Below, in pieces: positions 1 to 10,151 of a DNA stretch of 64,000 bases (positions within the stretch are counted from its first letter, which is position 1; each line of letters opens with the position of its first letter). The notes under the pieces are model-generated. The model was not told where the DNA came from, searched no databases, and saw nothing but the letters and a program-made list of their open reading frames with translations. Source of the stretch: Candidatus Latescibacterota bacterium (lineage in GTDB: Bacteria > Latescibacterota > UBA2968 > UBA8231). The stretch spans positions 1,760,001 through 1,824,000 of the forward strand of contig CBDAOB010000004.1 in the NCBI GenBank assembly GCA_965197905.1. The letters run 5' to 3'. A program made the translations under genes and the position numbers.

Positions 1-531
1 GTGTTTGAGATAGAAGTACTCGTCGCACCACGCCTTGTACCGGGGATAGAGATCGGCCCCAAACGGTTCACAGGCGGTTTTGGCGATAGTGTGCCAGTGC
101 AGGGCGTCTTCTTCGAACCCATAAAAAGGGGTCAGGTCGAACCCGCCGCCAAACCACCAGACGGCTTCCCTGTCCCGAGGTTGGGCCATAAAACAGCGCA
201 GATTGGCGTGGGTCGTGGGCGCAAACGGATTGCGGGGATGAACGATCAGCGAGAGGCCAAGGGCTTCGAAACGGCAGTCCGCCAACTCCGGCCGCCGCGC
301 CGTGGCCGCTGCGGGCAGTCGCTCTCCCGTTATGTGCGAGAAGTTCACGCCGGCTTTTTCTAACACGTCACCTTCTTCCAAAACGCGGGAGCACCCACCC
401 CCACCGTCCTCCCGCGTCAATCGGTCGGCCCCGAACTTCGCGGAACTTTCTAGGGCTTCCAAGGCCTCACAGATCCGGCTCTGGAGTTCGGTTAGATAGC
501 GTTCTACGGCGTCGATGCGCGGGTCATGCAC
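1..531 (-). CDS. hemF: Oxygen-dependent coproporphyrinogen III oxidase (runs off the window start; absent from ORF track)
   Basis: Hand translation from GTG 531: [24 protein letters not shown]...EKAGVNFSH...[21 protein letters not shown]...[13 protein letters not shown]...[13 protein letters not shown], which are canonical HemF motifs. Confidence 0.95.
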   Translation of the reverse strand, partial: MHDPRIDAVERYLTELQSRICEALEALESSAKFGADRLTREDGGGGCSRVLEEGDVLEKAGVNFSHITGERLPAAATARRPELADCRFEALGLSLIVHPRNPFAPTTHANLRCFMAQPRDREAVWWFGGGFDLTPFYGFEEDALHWHTIAKTACEPFGADLYPRYKAWCDEYFYLKH

Positions 532-691
532 GGATGAGATCTCCGTCCTGTCGATCTAGGAGCATTACTTGACGCCCTTGAGGGGTGTGGGGATATTGAT
601 CCGCCGTTTGACGCATAATAAAAGGGGGCGGACCGCTTTCTTCGTCAAGCAGGCTGTTCGATGGCGGCACGCTTTTGATCAGGAGCTCCCA

Positions 692-1663
692 ATGTCGTTG
701 ACAATGCGCGTAGGTCTCGGTCAGTTCAAGGAACTCACCGACGAGAAGTTGCTGTTTATCAAACAGCTCGGTGCGGACGATTTTCTGATGAACACGCCCA
801 AGCTCCCCGGGGATCGACAATGGGAGTTCGAAGACCTAGCCGCTCTCAAACAGCGGGCCGACGAAGCGGACTTGCGTCTCATGGCCCTGGAGAACGTACC
901 TATTGGGTTCTACGACAAGGTGATGTTGGGAGCCCCGGGACGGGATGAGCAGATCGAACATATGTCTACGACGGTGCGGAATATGGGCCGCGCCGGCATT
1001 CCGATTCTTGGGTACCACTGGGTGCCGAATTTTGTTTGGCGCACGCCGAACATGGCGACCCTGCGCGGAGGAGCCCGATCGACCCGGTTCGACCGCTCCG
1101 AACACGACCCCAACGAGCTTACCCACGGACGCATCTACACGCCCGAAGAGATGTGGGAGAACTACGCCTATTACCTGGAGCGGATACTGCCGGTGGCGGA
1201 GGAATCGAAGGTTACGCTGGCGTTGCATCCCGACGACCCGCCCGTTACTGGACTGGGAGGCATTGCGCGCATCTTCTCCAGCTTCGAGGGGTTCAAGCGC
1301 GGCATGGACACCTTCGACAGCCCGCTGCACGGCCTCGATTTCTGCATGGGATGCTGGTCTGAGATGGGCGGGCAAGAAAATGTACTGAAGGGGATCCGCT
1401 ACTTTGGACCACAGGGCAAGATTATCTATATCCACTTCCGCGACGTCACGGGAACCTCCGAGTGCTTCCACGAAAATTTCATCGACGCGGGCCAGGTGGA
1501 CACCTTCGGAGTGGTGAAGGTCTTGAAGGAGGTAGGGTTCGACGGATTCATGATTCCCGACCACGTGCCCCACATTGTCGATGACACCGGATGGGCGCAC
1601 CGGGGTCGCGCCCACGCCGTCGGTTTCATGCAGGCGTTGATTCAAGCTGTAGACAGGAGTTAA
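692..1663 (+). CDS. uxuA: Mannonate dehydratase family protein
   Basis: LALHPDDPP, IHFRDV and IPDHVP motifs; AGGAG RBS at 681 supports ATG 692. Confidence 0.85.
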   Translation: MSLTMRVGLGQFKELTDEKLLFIKQLGADDFLMNTPKLPGDRQWEFEDLAALKQRADEADLRLMALENVPIGFYDKVMLGAPGRDEQIEHMSTTVRNMGRAGIPILGYHWVPNFVWRTPNMATLRGGARSTRFDRSEHDPNELTHGRIYTPEEMWENYAYYLERILPVAEESKVTLALHPDDPPVTGLGGIARIFSSFEGFKRGMDTFDSPLHGLDFCMGCWSEMGGQENVLKGIRYFGPQGKIIYIHFRDVTGTSECFHENFIDAGQVDTFGVVKVLKEVGFDGFMIPDHVPHIVDDTGWAHRGRAHAVGFMQALIQAVDRS

Positions 1664-2913
1664 CGAGCCCGCGTCATAGTCTCGTCCAACACCTTGCCAT
1701 CCTCATCCAGCGCCACGTACCTGACCTCACCGTCGGCGACGTCCACGCGCCAGAAGTGGGCTCCCGTGGCCGCTCTCTCCAGGTACCAGCGCCGGCTCCG
1801 ATCCACCTGACGGGGACCCTTTACGATGCGGGAGATCCGCCCGAAACAACCGTCGCCCAGATAGAGTGTGCCGTCTGTCGCCACCTCGCCAGCGCGAAGT
1901 AGCTTGCTCCGTTTGAGCATGTGATCGTGATTTTCGAACGCTGCTGTCAGGCCAAATTGGTCGAACAGCCACCCCCAGTGGCGGCGTCCAAGGCGCGACC
2001 TTGTCGCGTTGAACGGTCGGTAACCGGGATAGAGTGGAACGTGGTAGGCCGCAAAGCGAAACGGCACCCCACGGCTGGCTTCCAGCTGATCGGCAAGCCA
2101 GGTCGCTTGTGCTCCCCCGTGAGGCACTAGGTGGCCGCTGTCCAAGACGAACAAGGCGAGGTTCGCCCCCACCCTGCGTGAGAAGTAGCTTTCCCCTCCC
2201 TGAGGAAAGTAGCGAAAAAAGAAGGGGGCCGTCGGTGGATCCGAGCGGTTGTCCACATCGTGGTTGCCCACCGCCAGCACCATCGGCACCAATCGGTTGT
2301 CGGGTGTGACCATCTCTTCCTGCCAGTTCTTTAACCAGCGATCCCAAAGCTCGTAGTTTTCCGCAACCGCGTTGGCATAGGCCAGGTCGCCGCCCACCAG
2401 TCCGAACAGGGGAGATTGTTTAGCTGCCTGGGCCAACAGTTCCCTAGCTCCGCGGCCCACCCCCATATCTCCTCCGCTCACGAAGGTGAACGGTTGGTCG
2501 GCGCCGGGTGCCGTGCGAAAGGAGTACTCCGCACTCAGGCCACTGATCTCATCGCCGGCGACAAAGAAATAAACCGTATCGGGTAAGAGGTTGCGAAGAA
2601 CCACCCGGTGTACCCGGCGACGGTCTGCCAGTTCCGCCATCACGTAGGCGGTACCGGCGGCGGTCAAACGGTGTGGCTTCCCCGTGCGGGCCCGCGATCG
2701 TAGGTCGAAGGTGACGCGACTCACCGCGATAGGCGGAACATCCTGCTCGCCGCGTCCTTCAGTGTCTTGTCGGGAGGGTGCGAAGGTATGATAGCTCACC
2801 GTTACCGCCGTAGCTGGATCTTCCTGCCAGGTCAGGTAGACGAATCTCGGCGCCGCCATAGCTTCGGTCTGGAAGCCAACGAACGTTGCCAGAAGGGCCG
2901 CCCACCGGCTCAT
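1660..2913 (-). CDS. Purple acid phosphatase-like metallophosphoesterase, secreted
   Basis: GDMG, GGDLAY, GNHD and ENHDH metallophosphoesterase motifs; N-terminal signal-like segment; ATG 2913 overlaps the upstream stop. Confidence 0.85.
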   Translation of the reverse strand: MSRWAALLATFVGFQTEAMAAPRFVYLTWQEDPATAVTVSYHTFAPSRQDTEGRGEQDVPPIAVSRVTFDLRSRARTGKPHRLTAAGTAYVMAELADRRRVHRVVLRNLLPDTVYFFVAGDEISGLSAEYSFRTAPGADQPFTFVSGGDMGVGRGARELLAQAAKQSPLFGLVGGDLAYANAVAENYELWDRWLKNWQEEMVTPDNRLVPMVLAVGNHDVDNRSDPPTAPFFFRYFPQGGESYFSRRVGANLALFVLDSGHLVPHGGAQATWLADQLEASRGVPFRFAAYHVPLYPGYRPFNATRSRLGRRHWGWLFDQFGLTAAFENHDHMLKRSKLLRAGEVATDGTLYLGDGCFGRISRIVKGPRQVDRSRRWYLERAATGAHFWRVDVADGEVRYVALDEDGKVLDETMTRAR

Positions 2914-3686
2914 TTCGGGGGCGCCACGGACAACTCGTCCAACATCGCGGGAAACTCGAGACCAAGTTTTGACTCTTGTGCCTTGGCACGCTCGCGCCAC
3001 GTCGTTTCTCGTTGGTCACCGACGGGGGTGGTGAGGCCGAGCGCAACGAAATTGCGTTTGCCGGCCACCGGCAGATGAAGTACCTGTCCGTCAAAGGCGT
3101 CCATCAGCTGGGTCTCAACCCGGGCCACCATGTCGTTGTCGGCGCCACTCCAGAGGTTAATGGAGAGTACTCCGCCGGCACTGAGCAGGCGGCGGCACCC
3201 GGCGATAAAATCGGGCGCTCCATTGGCCGAAGCCATGCCTTCGGGCGTATGCAGATCCACGAGCACGAGGTCGTAGGATGGTTCGCGGTGGCGTGCCACA
3301 AATTGTTCCGCGTCCGTTTCCAGCACCCGGAGGTTGTTGTTTTCGGGGAGTGCGAAGAATCGTCGCGCCAGCTGGACGACGGTTGGGCGCCGCTCCACCG
3401 CATCGACGAGACAATCTGGGTAGCAGTGTAGAAGAAACCGTGCCAACGAACCTCCGCCCAACCCCAAAATCAAGACGGTCTTTGGCTTTCCGTCGAACAT
3501 GACCAGGCAGATCATCATACATCGCGTGTAGGTAAGCGCCAGCTCCCGGCGGTCGCGAAACAGCATCGTGCTTTGCCTGGCCCGGGTTCCAAAGTGCATG
3601 GTGCGAGCCGTGGCCTCGTCCACTACGTCGATCCCACCTTCGGTGTCGACACAGGAATAGATCAGATTGCCGTCGTAGTGTGGCAT
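2910..3686 (-). CDS. Spermidine synthase-like SAM-dependent methyltransferase
   Basis: LILGLGGGSL SAM motif, YTRCM, DLVLVD, GGVLSINLW. Confidence 0.85.
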   Translation of the reverse strand: MPHYDGNLIYSCVDTEGGIDVVDEATARTMHFGTRARQSTMLFRDRRELALTYTRCMMICLVMFDGKPKTVLILGLGGGSLARFLLHCYPDCLVDAVERRPTVVQLARRFFALPENNNLRVLETDAEQFVARHREPSYDLVLVDLHTPEGMASANGAPDFIAGCRRLLSAGGVLSINLWSGADNDMVARVETQLMDAFDGQVLHLPVAGKRNFVALGLTTPVGDQRETTWRERAKAQESKLGLEFPAMLDELSVAPPK

Positions 3687-3717
3687 CCGTTTCAGACCCC
3701 ATACCCCTGCACGATTG

Positions 3718-4740
3718 TCAGCTCTCCCGGTTCCCCCATCGCGTAGCAATCACCGCATCCAACGCATTCTGACCTAGGTGGAAGGTGATGCACGGAATGG
3801 CCAACAACCCCTTGGTTTGCGGTGACACCGCCAGGCCGGGAAGAAAGGCCAACACCGTCATCGCCACCGGCAGGGTCTTCTGGCTGGCCATCAACACCAC
3901 CGCTCTGCGGGCCGGCTCCGGGAGACGCAACAGCGAACAGGCGCCGGCGTTAATCAGCAGGTAGAGGATGTGTATCGCCAAGCCGGAAACGATCAACAAG
4001 AGAAGATGGCCGAGGGCGATCTGGGTCAACTCTTCGGAAGACTCGCTGAACTTCATCCAGGGAATAGTGATCAGAGCAAGATTGCTGGAGGTGGTGAGAT
4101 TCTTGCGATTGTCACCCGCCCAGGTGGCGACAAACCGACGCACGATCTTGCCGGCAGTCAGCGGTAGCAGGATCGACAGGCAGAGCTTGACCGAGAGATC
4201 GGTGGCAGAGAGTTCCACCTGTCCAAGCGCTCCCAAGAGAAGTGCCAGAACAAACGGTACGGTAAAGATGCCGGCTACATTCGTGACCAGCGTCAGCAGC
4301 AGGGCGAGGGCCGAGTTTCCGCGCGCCTGACTGGTCAATGCGATGCCCGAAGACAAGGTCGTAGGCATACAACAGAACAAAGCCAATCCCAGTTGGAAGG
4401 CGGGGTCGATCGGCACCTGAAAAGCGATGGCTGTCCCGATGGCTGGGGTAAGGAAGAGGATGGAGACCGTTCCCCAAAGACTTCCCCGCCAAGCCGAGAG
4501 TGCGGCGCACATCTCTTCGGTTCGCAGCATCAACCCCGACAGAAAGAAGATGGCGCTGACCGCGACGTACTGGGTGGGCAGCGTTGCCAGATACCGACCC
4601 GGCTGGGGGAACACCAAACCGACGATCACAACCGTCAACAGACCGATCGGCAGATTCTGTTTGCTGACAAACTCGGTTGCTCGTTGCATGGTATCGCCAA
4701 AAAATTCGGGCCGGACAGCGGTGCGTCCGGCCCTATTCAT
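3718..4740 (-). CDS. Bile acid:sodium symporter family transporter (start may be 4689)
   Basis: Multiple TM helices; CMPTTLSSG and SQKTLPVA SBF-like motifs. Confidence 0.85.
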   Translation of the reverse strand: MNRAGRTAVRPEFFGDTMQRATEFVSKQNLPIGLLTVVIVGLVFPQPGRYLATLPTQYVAVSAIFFLSGLMLRTEEMCAALSAWRGSLWGTVSILFLTPAIGTAIAFQVPIDPAFQLGLALFCCMPTTLSSGIALTSQARGNSALALLLTLVTNVAGIFTVPFVLALLLGALGQVELSATDLSVKLCLSILLPLTAGKIVRRFVATWAGDNRKNLTTSSNLALITIPWMKFSESSEELTQIALGHLLLLIVSGLAIHILYLLINAGACSLLRLPEPARRAVVLMASQKTLPVAMTVLAFLPGLAVSPQTKGLLAIPCITFHLGQNALDAVIATRWGNRES

Positions 4741-4761
4741 AGTAAGTCGTGACTTGGGGCT

Positions 4762-5226
4762 TCAGTTTTTTGTTATGGCTGACAACGAGGTTGACAGGAA
4801 CTTGCGGGCTAGGTCATCCTCAGAGAACAAGAAACCAAGAAACCGGACCAGCCGTTTGCGGGCATCCGAGCTTATCAGGTGTTCCACCTTGCACGCATCA
4901 ATCTCGGCGTCATCATCATCCATACCCAACGCGTCGCTGAGAAATTTCTTTACCGCCAAGCGCGTCGCCTCGATCTCCTGCACCACCAACAGTCCTCGAT
5001 CCGTAAGCTCCAGAAAGCGGTTGTGATCCTCCTGTACGTACCCCCGTTCCTTCAAGTGCTTCATGGCTGACGAGACGCTGCCTTTGGTGATCTGCAAAAG
5101 CTGCGCAATGTCGGAGACACGAGCGTATCCGTGCTCATCCCTCAGCGCGTGAACCGCCATCAAGTGGTGAGCGGCGCTGTGGCTGAGCTCGTTCTCCTCG
5201 TACGCCTTCCAGACCTCTTCGAACAC
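4762..5226 (-). CDS. DtxR/MntR family metal-dependent transcriptional regulator
   Basis: ARVSDIAQLLQITKGSVS HTH and DACKVEHLIS dimerisation motif; GTG 5226 preceded by AGGAG. Confidence 0.88.
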   Translation of the reverse strand: MFEEVWKAYEENELSHSAAHHLMAVHALRDEHGYARVSDIAQLLQITKGSVSSAMKHLKERGYVQEDHNRFLELTDRGLLVVQEIEATRLAVKKFLSDALGMDDDDAEIDACKVEHLISSDARKRLVRFLGFLFSEDDLARKFLSTSLSAITKN

Positions 5227-5430
5227 TCGTGAACTCCTGACTAGCGTGGGATAATCTTGTGTCGGGCACGCACGGTGGGAGATGAAGATGGACCGCATCG
5301 AACACCGATCTTGTTGCTTTACAGCAGTGGTTGGGCCGCTATATTGCAACCCTGATTCGATGCGAGACAGACAGTGGTAACTATATAAAGAAGTAGATAT
5401 GAATGAGCAAGAGCGGGGAGGCGGATCAGA

Positions 5431-6819
5431 GTGAGCTATAGCGCCGTAATGGATTACGTCGATGGACACGTATCCGAATATGTCGCTCAGCTCAAGCAGT
5501 TTGTTGCGTTGCCGAGCATCAGTGCGGGCGCCGATGAGGACAGCACTGCGGCCATCGACGCAGCGGCCACATTTCTGGTGGACAATCTGCGAAGATGCGG
5601 ATTAGTGGCGAACGCAGTTGAAGTCGCCGCCGGCTTGAATCCGCTCGTGTTGGCCCACCCTGCCGAGATTGTGGCCCAAAAACCCACCGTGTTGATCTAC
5701 GGTCACTACGACGTGCAAGGTGTCGACAACCCCAGATCCGCCTGGAAGCACGATCCGTTCGCCGCCATCGAGGAGGACGGTTGTCTAATTGGCAGGGGAA
5801 GCAGCGACAACAAAGGTCCATGTTTCGCACACGTCAAAGCGGTCGAGGCGATCTTGAAATCTGCCGGCGAGCTGCCGGTGAACCCGATCTTTCTGATCGA
5901 AGGAGAGGAGGAGTGCGGCAGCCGTGCCATTGGTCAGTTCGTTCGCTCCGGGGAGCTCGAACGCTTCGGTTCCATCCTCTGCACCGTCATTTCCGATACC
6001 AGCATGTATGGTCCCGAGCAACCGGCTTTGACGCTGGGTCTTCGCGGCATATTGATGCTCGAGCTGACCATCCGCGGCGCAGCTCGCGATTTGCACTCGG
6101 GTTTGTACGGCGGCATTGCGCCGAATCCTAACGTCGCTCTGGCCCGAGCCCTCGGGGCCCTGTACGACAACCAAGGAGGCATCGCCGTGCCCGGGTTTTA
6201 CGACGATGTCAAGGAGCTCACCGACCAGGAGAAGGAGCGTTACGAACGCCTACCTCAAGACGAAGAATCCTACTGCCGGGAGATCGGTGTTTCGGGCCTG
6301 TCGGGCGAAAGCGGCTACTCGGTCCTCGAACGCAGATGGACGCGACCGACCCTGGACATCAACCTACTGGAAGGGGGCAGTCCAAGAACGGTACTACCCG
6401 CGTTTGCCAGAGCTGCCGTCAGCGCCAGGCTGGTACCCGACCAGGCGCCCGAAAAAATCGGCGCCGCGCTGCGCCAGGTTTTCTCCGACAACGTCCCCAG
6501 TAACCTAACGTTGGAGTTCGGACCAGAGCACGCATCGCCGGCCTACGTGCTCCACTTCGATCACCCATTGGTGGAACCCGCAATGAACGCGCTACGCGCG
6601 GGATTCGATCGCGAGCCGGTGCTTGTTCGCGAAGGCGGGTCCATCCCGATCGTCACCGAGTTTGCGGTGCACACCAAAGCGCCTGTCTTGCTGCTGGGTC
6701 TAGGACAGATGACCGACAACTGGCACGGGCCCAACGAGCGTTTCTCCCTGCAGGACTTCCACCGCGGCATTCGGATGGGAGCGGCTTTGCTCCACGAACT
6801 GGCGGCTTTCACTCCGTAA
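5431..6819 (+). CDS. M20/M25/M40 family metallo-dipeptidase
   Basis: YGHYDVQ, GRGSSDNKG, EGEEE, DLHSG, GGSIP, HGPNE. Confidence 0.92.
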   Translation: MSYSAVMDYVDGHVSEYVAQLKQFVALPSISAGADEDSTAAIDAAATFLVDNLRRCGLVANAVEVAAGLNPLVLAHPAEIVAQKPTVLIYGHYDVQGVDNPRSAWKHDPFAAIEEDGCLIGRGSSDNKGPCFAHVKAVEAILKSAGELPVNPIFLIEGEEECGSRAIGQFVRSGELERFGSILCTVISDTSMYGPEQPALTLGLRGILMLELTIRGAARDLHSGLYGGIAPNPNVALARALGALYDNQGGIAVPGFYDDVKELTDQEKERYERLPQDEESYCREIGVSGLSGESGYSVLERRWTRPTLDINLLEGGSPRTVLPAFARAAVSARLVPDQAPEKIGAALRQVFSDNVPSNLTLEFGPEHASPAYVLHFDHPLVEPAMNALRAGFDREPVLVREGGSIPIVTEFAVHTKAPVLLLGLGQMTDNWHGPNERFSLQDFHRGIRMGAALLHELAAFTP

Positions 6820-6824
6820 CGAAA

Positions 6825-7346
6825 CGCATCGCCATAGATAAAGCCAAGGAAAACGGGGTGGCCACGGTGACCCTGCGATCATCGATCAAACGGGGGCTGT
6901 GACCACCGACCCCGATGCCTTTCTCGAAGAACCTCGAGGCGCCATGCTGCCGTTAGGGGGGCCGGCGGCGCACAAGGGGTACTTGCCTGGGGGTGATTGT
7001 CGAGTTGCTGGGAGGCGCGCTTGGGGGAGAAGGGTGTGCTGCTGGGTTGGTGCGGATGAAAAGCAACGGGGTGCTGCTGAACGTCTACGACATCGAACAC
7101 TTCACCTCTCTAGAGGTGTATTACGAGGAAGTCGAAACCCTCATTGCTCATATCCACACCAGTCGTGTAGACCCCGCCGTGGGGGAGATTCTCCTACCGG
7201 GAGAACCTGAGTTTCGCTCGGCGCGAGAGAAAGAGACCAACGGCATCCCCATCGACGACACCACCTGGTCGCGGATAGTCACAACCGCGAAACGGTTTGG
7301 CGTGGACGCCGGTCAAGTGCCACAAGTAAGGTCTTCGGGACCATAA
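6825..7346 (+). pseudogene. Ldh_2 (malate/lactate/ureidoglycolate dehydrogenase) family remnant
   Basis: Fragment IAIDKAKENGVATVTLR joined directly to IIDQTGAVTTDP...LPLGG..HKGY, then a frameshift into VIVELLGGAL...ILLPGEPE...GIPIDD. No N-terminus; large internal deletion. Confidence 0.75.
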
Positions 7347-7393
7347 GCGGCAATTGCCGGCGAAGAATCAGGTCGCCTCAACTTGTCTTGGGT

Positions 7394-7735
7394 TTATGGT
7401 TGCTCCTCCACGTTTTCTTCCGCGTCGGGAGCCGGCGTCGGCGCACCGGGCTCGTCGTCTCCCTCGATGAGCGCCTTCAAATCTTCCAGGATGACCCCCA
7501 GTCGCTCGCTTGCCTTTTCCAGACCCAGTTCGCGCCGATCGGCCCGCATGATCCCGTCGGCAATGCGCGAGATGAAGACCTCGATCTCGGTGAGCAGTTC
7601 GGCCGTCCGCTTCTCCTCGTTGCGTAGCGCCATGAACTCGGCGCGCAGCCGGCTCAGCCTGAACGCGGTACGGTCGCGCACCACCAAACAGGAGATGATG
7701 AGAACTATGCCGACGCCCAGATAGAGCTCGATCAT
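7394..7735 (-). CDS. Hypothetical single-pass membrane coiled-coil protein
   Basis: N-terminal hydrophobic helix, heptad-rich body, acidic tail; GGAGG-like RBS not evident. Confidence 0.65.
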   Translation of the reverse strand: MIELYLGVGIVLIISCLVVRDRTAFRLSRLRAEFMALRNEEKRTAELLTEIEVFISRIADGIMRADRRELGLEKASERLGVILEDLKALIEGDDEPGAPTPAPDAEENVEEQP

Positions 7736-7739
7736 CGCT

Positions 7740-8243
7740 TCAGCCCTTACCCCCGGGCATCCTCTTGAGTTTGGCTTCCATCTGTTCCAAGGTCCGCTTC
7801 ACCAGCCCGGTGTCGCGCTCGATCCCGGTCAGGTTGGTGTCCAATTCCAACCGACTGTTCTTTGCTTCGATCACCAGCTGTCGGATGTCCGCCACGTCGC
7901 CATCTTCCTCGGCTATCTCCTCCTCCTCGCCGATCGCCGGTTCGGCGGTAGGGTCGGGAGTAGACGGAACCGACTTTTGGACCTCCTCCATTTCCGCTTT
8001 CAGGGGTGCGACCTTTTCCGTCCAGATGCGGTGGGCGGCTTCCAGTTCGCCCACCCGGTCGCCGGCACTGCGGCGGATATTTCGGGTCGACTCCTGCAGA
8101 TTCTGAACGTGCTCCCTGATCTTCTTGCGGACCGGAGCTTGGCGCATGCGCAGGTCATACGCCTTCTTCTGATACACCAAAAGCATCTGAATCAGAATGG
8201 CGACCAAGCCGATGGCGACGATGCCAAATATCCAGATTATCAT
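7740..8243 (-). CDS. Hypothetical single-pass membrane coiled-coil protein
   Basis: N-terminal TM (IIWIFGIVAIGLVAILI) followed by a charged coiled-coil; 4 bp from the next gene. Confidence 0.7.
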   Translation of the reverse strand: MIIWIFGIVAIGLVAILIQMLLVYQKKAYDLRMRQAPVRKKIREHVQNLQESTRNIRRSAGDRVGELEAAHRIWTEKVAPLKAEMEEVQKSVPSTPDPTAEPAIGEEEEIAEEDGDVADIRQLVIEAKNSRLELDTNLTGIERDTGLVKRTLEQMEAKLKRMPGGKG

Positions 8244-8391
8244 CGGAAGTTGTTATTTGTACTACGGTTGCAGATGGTTAACGGCGTTCAAATAGAGTAT
8301 TCCCGGCGGCAAAGTCAAGATATTTCGATGATTCGCGGGCTGCAGGCGGGGGTCCGGCACGGAAAGACGAGGTGGGCGGCCCATGTGTAGA

Positions 8392-9969
8392 TTAACGTCC
8401 GGCGAAGTTGGTCGACGAAGGATAGAAGGGTAGGTATTCGGTGTTGGGGTTGATCCCTACAATCTCGTCCCCGCGCCATTGCAGCTGGTATTCCACCCCA
8501 TCCGTCGGTTCGATCACCGTGGCGCAAGGCAGGTTGTATTCGACGTGAATCTGGGCACCCGGACTTTGCTTCTCAACAAAGAGGAATCCACCGATCTGTG
8601 CTGTTGAAGCCGGTTTTTCGTTGACCGTCAGGCGTACCGCAGCAGGCGAAGCCCATCTGGGAATCCGCAGGAACATCGGCCGCGCGGTCTTCAGGGAGAT
8701 CTGCAGCCGCGCTTTTTCGCCCCGGGTGCTCGCCATACGCAGGAACGAGTCCTCGTAGTCAAAGTGAAAATTCACCCTCAGACCAGATTCCGTCGAGTCT
8801 ACGATGCCGTCGTAGATGTCACACAAGGTGTGCAGGTCCGCGGCGGTGATATCGGTGGTCGGCCACGCCTCGCCGTGGGGATGCCGATGCATGCCGCCGT
8901 AAGCGCCGACCGTCCTGGCGTCCAGATCGGCGTGTTCGTCCTTCCCGTCATCGTCCATGGGCGTCAAGCCCAGCGGCTCGGTAATTTGGGAGGGGAGAAT
9001 GCGGCACCGCACGATGCGCTCGGCATCGTCCAGATACTCCCCGTACCCGAGTCGCGCTAGCCACAAGGCCAGCTGCGCCGCGTCTCCCGGAGAGGATGTT
9101 TCGCCCTTGGAGTCGAGCTTCCAGTCGTGAGAAACGAATCCCGACAGTTTGACGGAACTGCGCACGGTGGCGGCGTAGGTGGTGGCGATGCGCTGGACGT
9201 ATTCGTGCTGGCACGTCATCTGGCCGAACCGTAAGAGGCCGCGATACGTGCCCAACAGCGAGTGGGTGTGGAGATAATCAGATTCGGGGACGGAGCCGTC
9301 CGGTCGAGTGGCCACCTCGAGATGAAACTGGGCTAACCTTGTTGCCAGTCGCAGGGCCTTTTCACTTCCGGTGGCGGCATAGAACTCCAAAACGCCTTCC
9401 AGAGCGCGGCCGAGACTCTCGGTGAGTCGTACCCCTTTTTTTTCGCGTTGACCGGGCGTATTTCGATCGACCTCGAGCCCCCCCCGTTGGGCGAGATCCA
9501 CCATCAAGTCGTAGTTCCAGTGCCCATCTTCGCCCACGTAGCGGTCGAGCGCTTCGATTAACGTAGAACCCTTGTCGACCGCCCATTGACTGTCGCGCCA
9601 GCGCGCCAGGCAGGCGAGGGCGAGCAGGATTTCCCGCTGGGAATGTTCGTCGACCCAGCCTGGCGGCCGGTGTTCGAGCGGAAGAAGCAGACCGCAGACC
9701 GACAGCGGATTGGACATGCAGCGCTCGAGGTTCTTCAACATGGCACGCTCGAGCTCAGCAGGAATGGTGAATCCGGTGGTTGCTTCCAGACGCAACATCG
9801 CATCCCACCAGCGACCGATATTGTGGGCAGGATAGTCCATTTTGCACCGCGCCTGCAGGGTCTGCCGGTCGATCTTGACATTCCAAAGCGGCATATGGGC
9901 ATACGCCGGGGAGAGCGTATGGAGCAGATTCCTACCTGCCAGCTCCATCGATTCCTTCAACCTCAGCAT
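8392..9969 (-). CDS. Hypothetical protein, GH127/beta-L-arabinofuranosidase-like (alpha/alpha barrel plus beta-sandwich)
   Basis: HTHS motif, 'ETSS' at the ETC position, YLDDAERIVR, C-terminal LRIPRWA...V.LTVN pattern typical of DUF1680 proteins. Confidence 0.55.
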   Translation of the reverse strand: MLRLKESMELAGRNLLHTLSPAYAHMPLWNVKIDRQTLQARCKMDYPAHNIGRWWDAMLRLEATTGFTIPAELERAMLKNLERCMSNPLSVCGLLLPLEHRPPGWVDEHSQREILLALACLARWRDSQWAVDKGSTLIEALDRYVGEDGHWNYDLMVDLAQRGGLEVDRNTPGQREKKGVRLTESLGRALEGVLEFYAATGSEKALRLATRLAQFHLEVATRPDGSVPESDYLHTHSLLGTYRGLLRFGQMTCQHEYVQRIATTYAATVRSSVKLSGFVSHDWKLDSKGETSSPGDAAQLALWLARLGYGEYLDDAERIVRCRILPSQITEPLGLTPMDDDGKDEHADLDARTVGAYGGMHRHPHGEAWPTTDITAADLHTLCDIYDGIVDSTESGLRVNFHFDYEDSFLRMASTRGEKARLQISLKTARPMFLRIPRWASPAAVRLTVNEKPASTAQIGGFLFVEKQSPGAQIHVEYNLPCATVIEPTDGVEYQLQWRGDEIVGINPNTEYLPFYPSSTNFAGR

Positions 9970-10151
9970 CTCACGTTTCGTCCTTGGATTTGAGTGGCTC
10001 GTGCTCTCAAACGTCCTCCTGGGGGTCTTTCTTTCGCGACCGTTCCCAGGCTTCCTACTTCCTCTTGGAGGTAATCAGGCTTCTTCCCCAATGCAGCAGA
10101 GCGCAGTGTAATTCAGCCAAATGCCGAATCATACTCATGTCCCCATCATAC

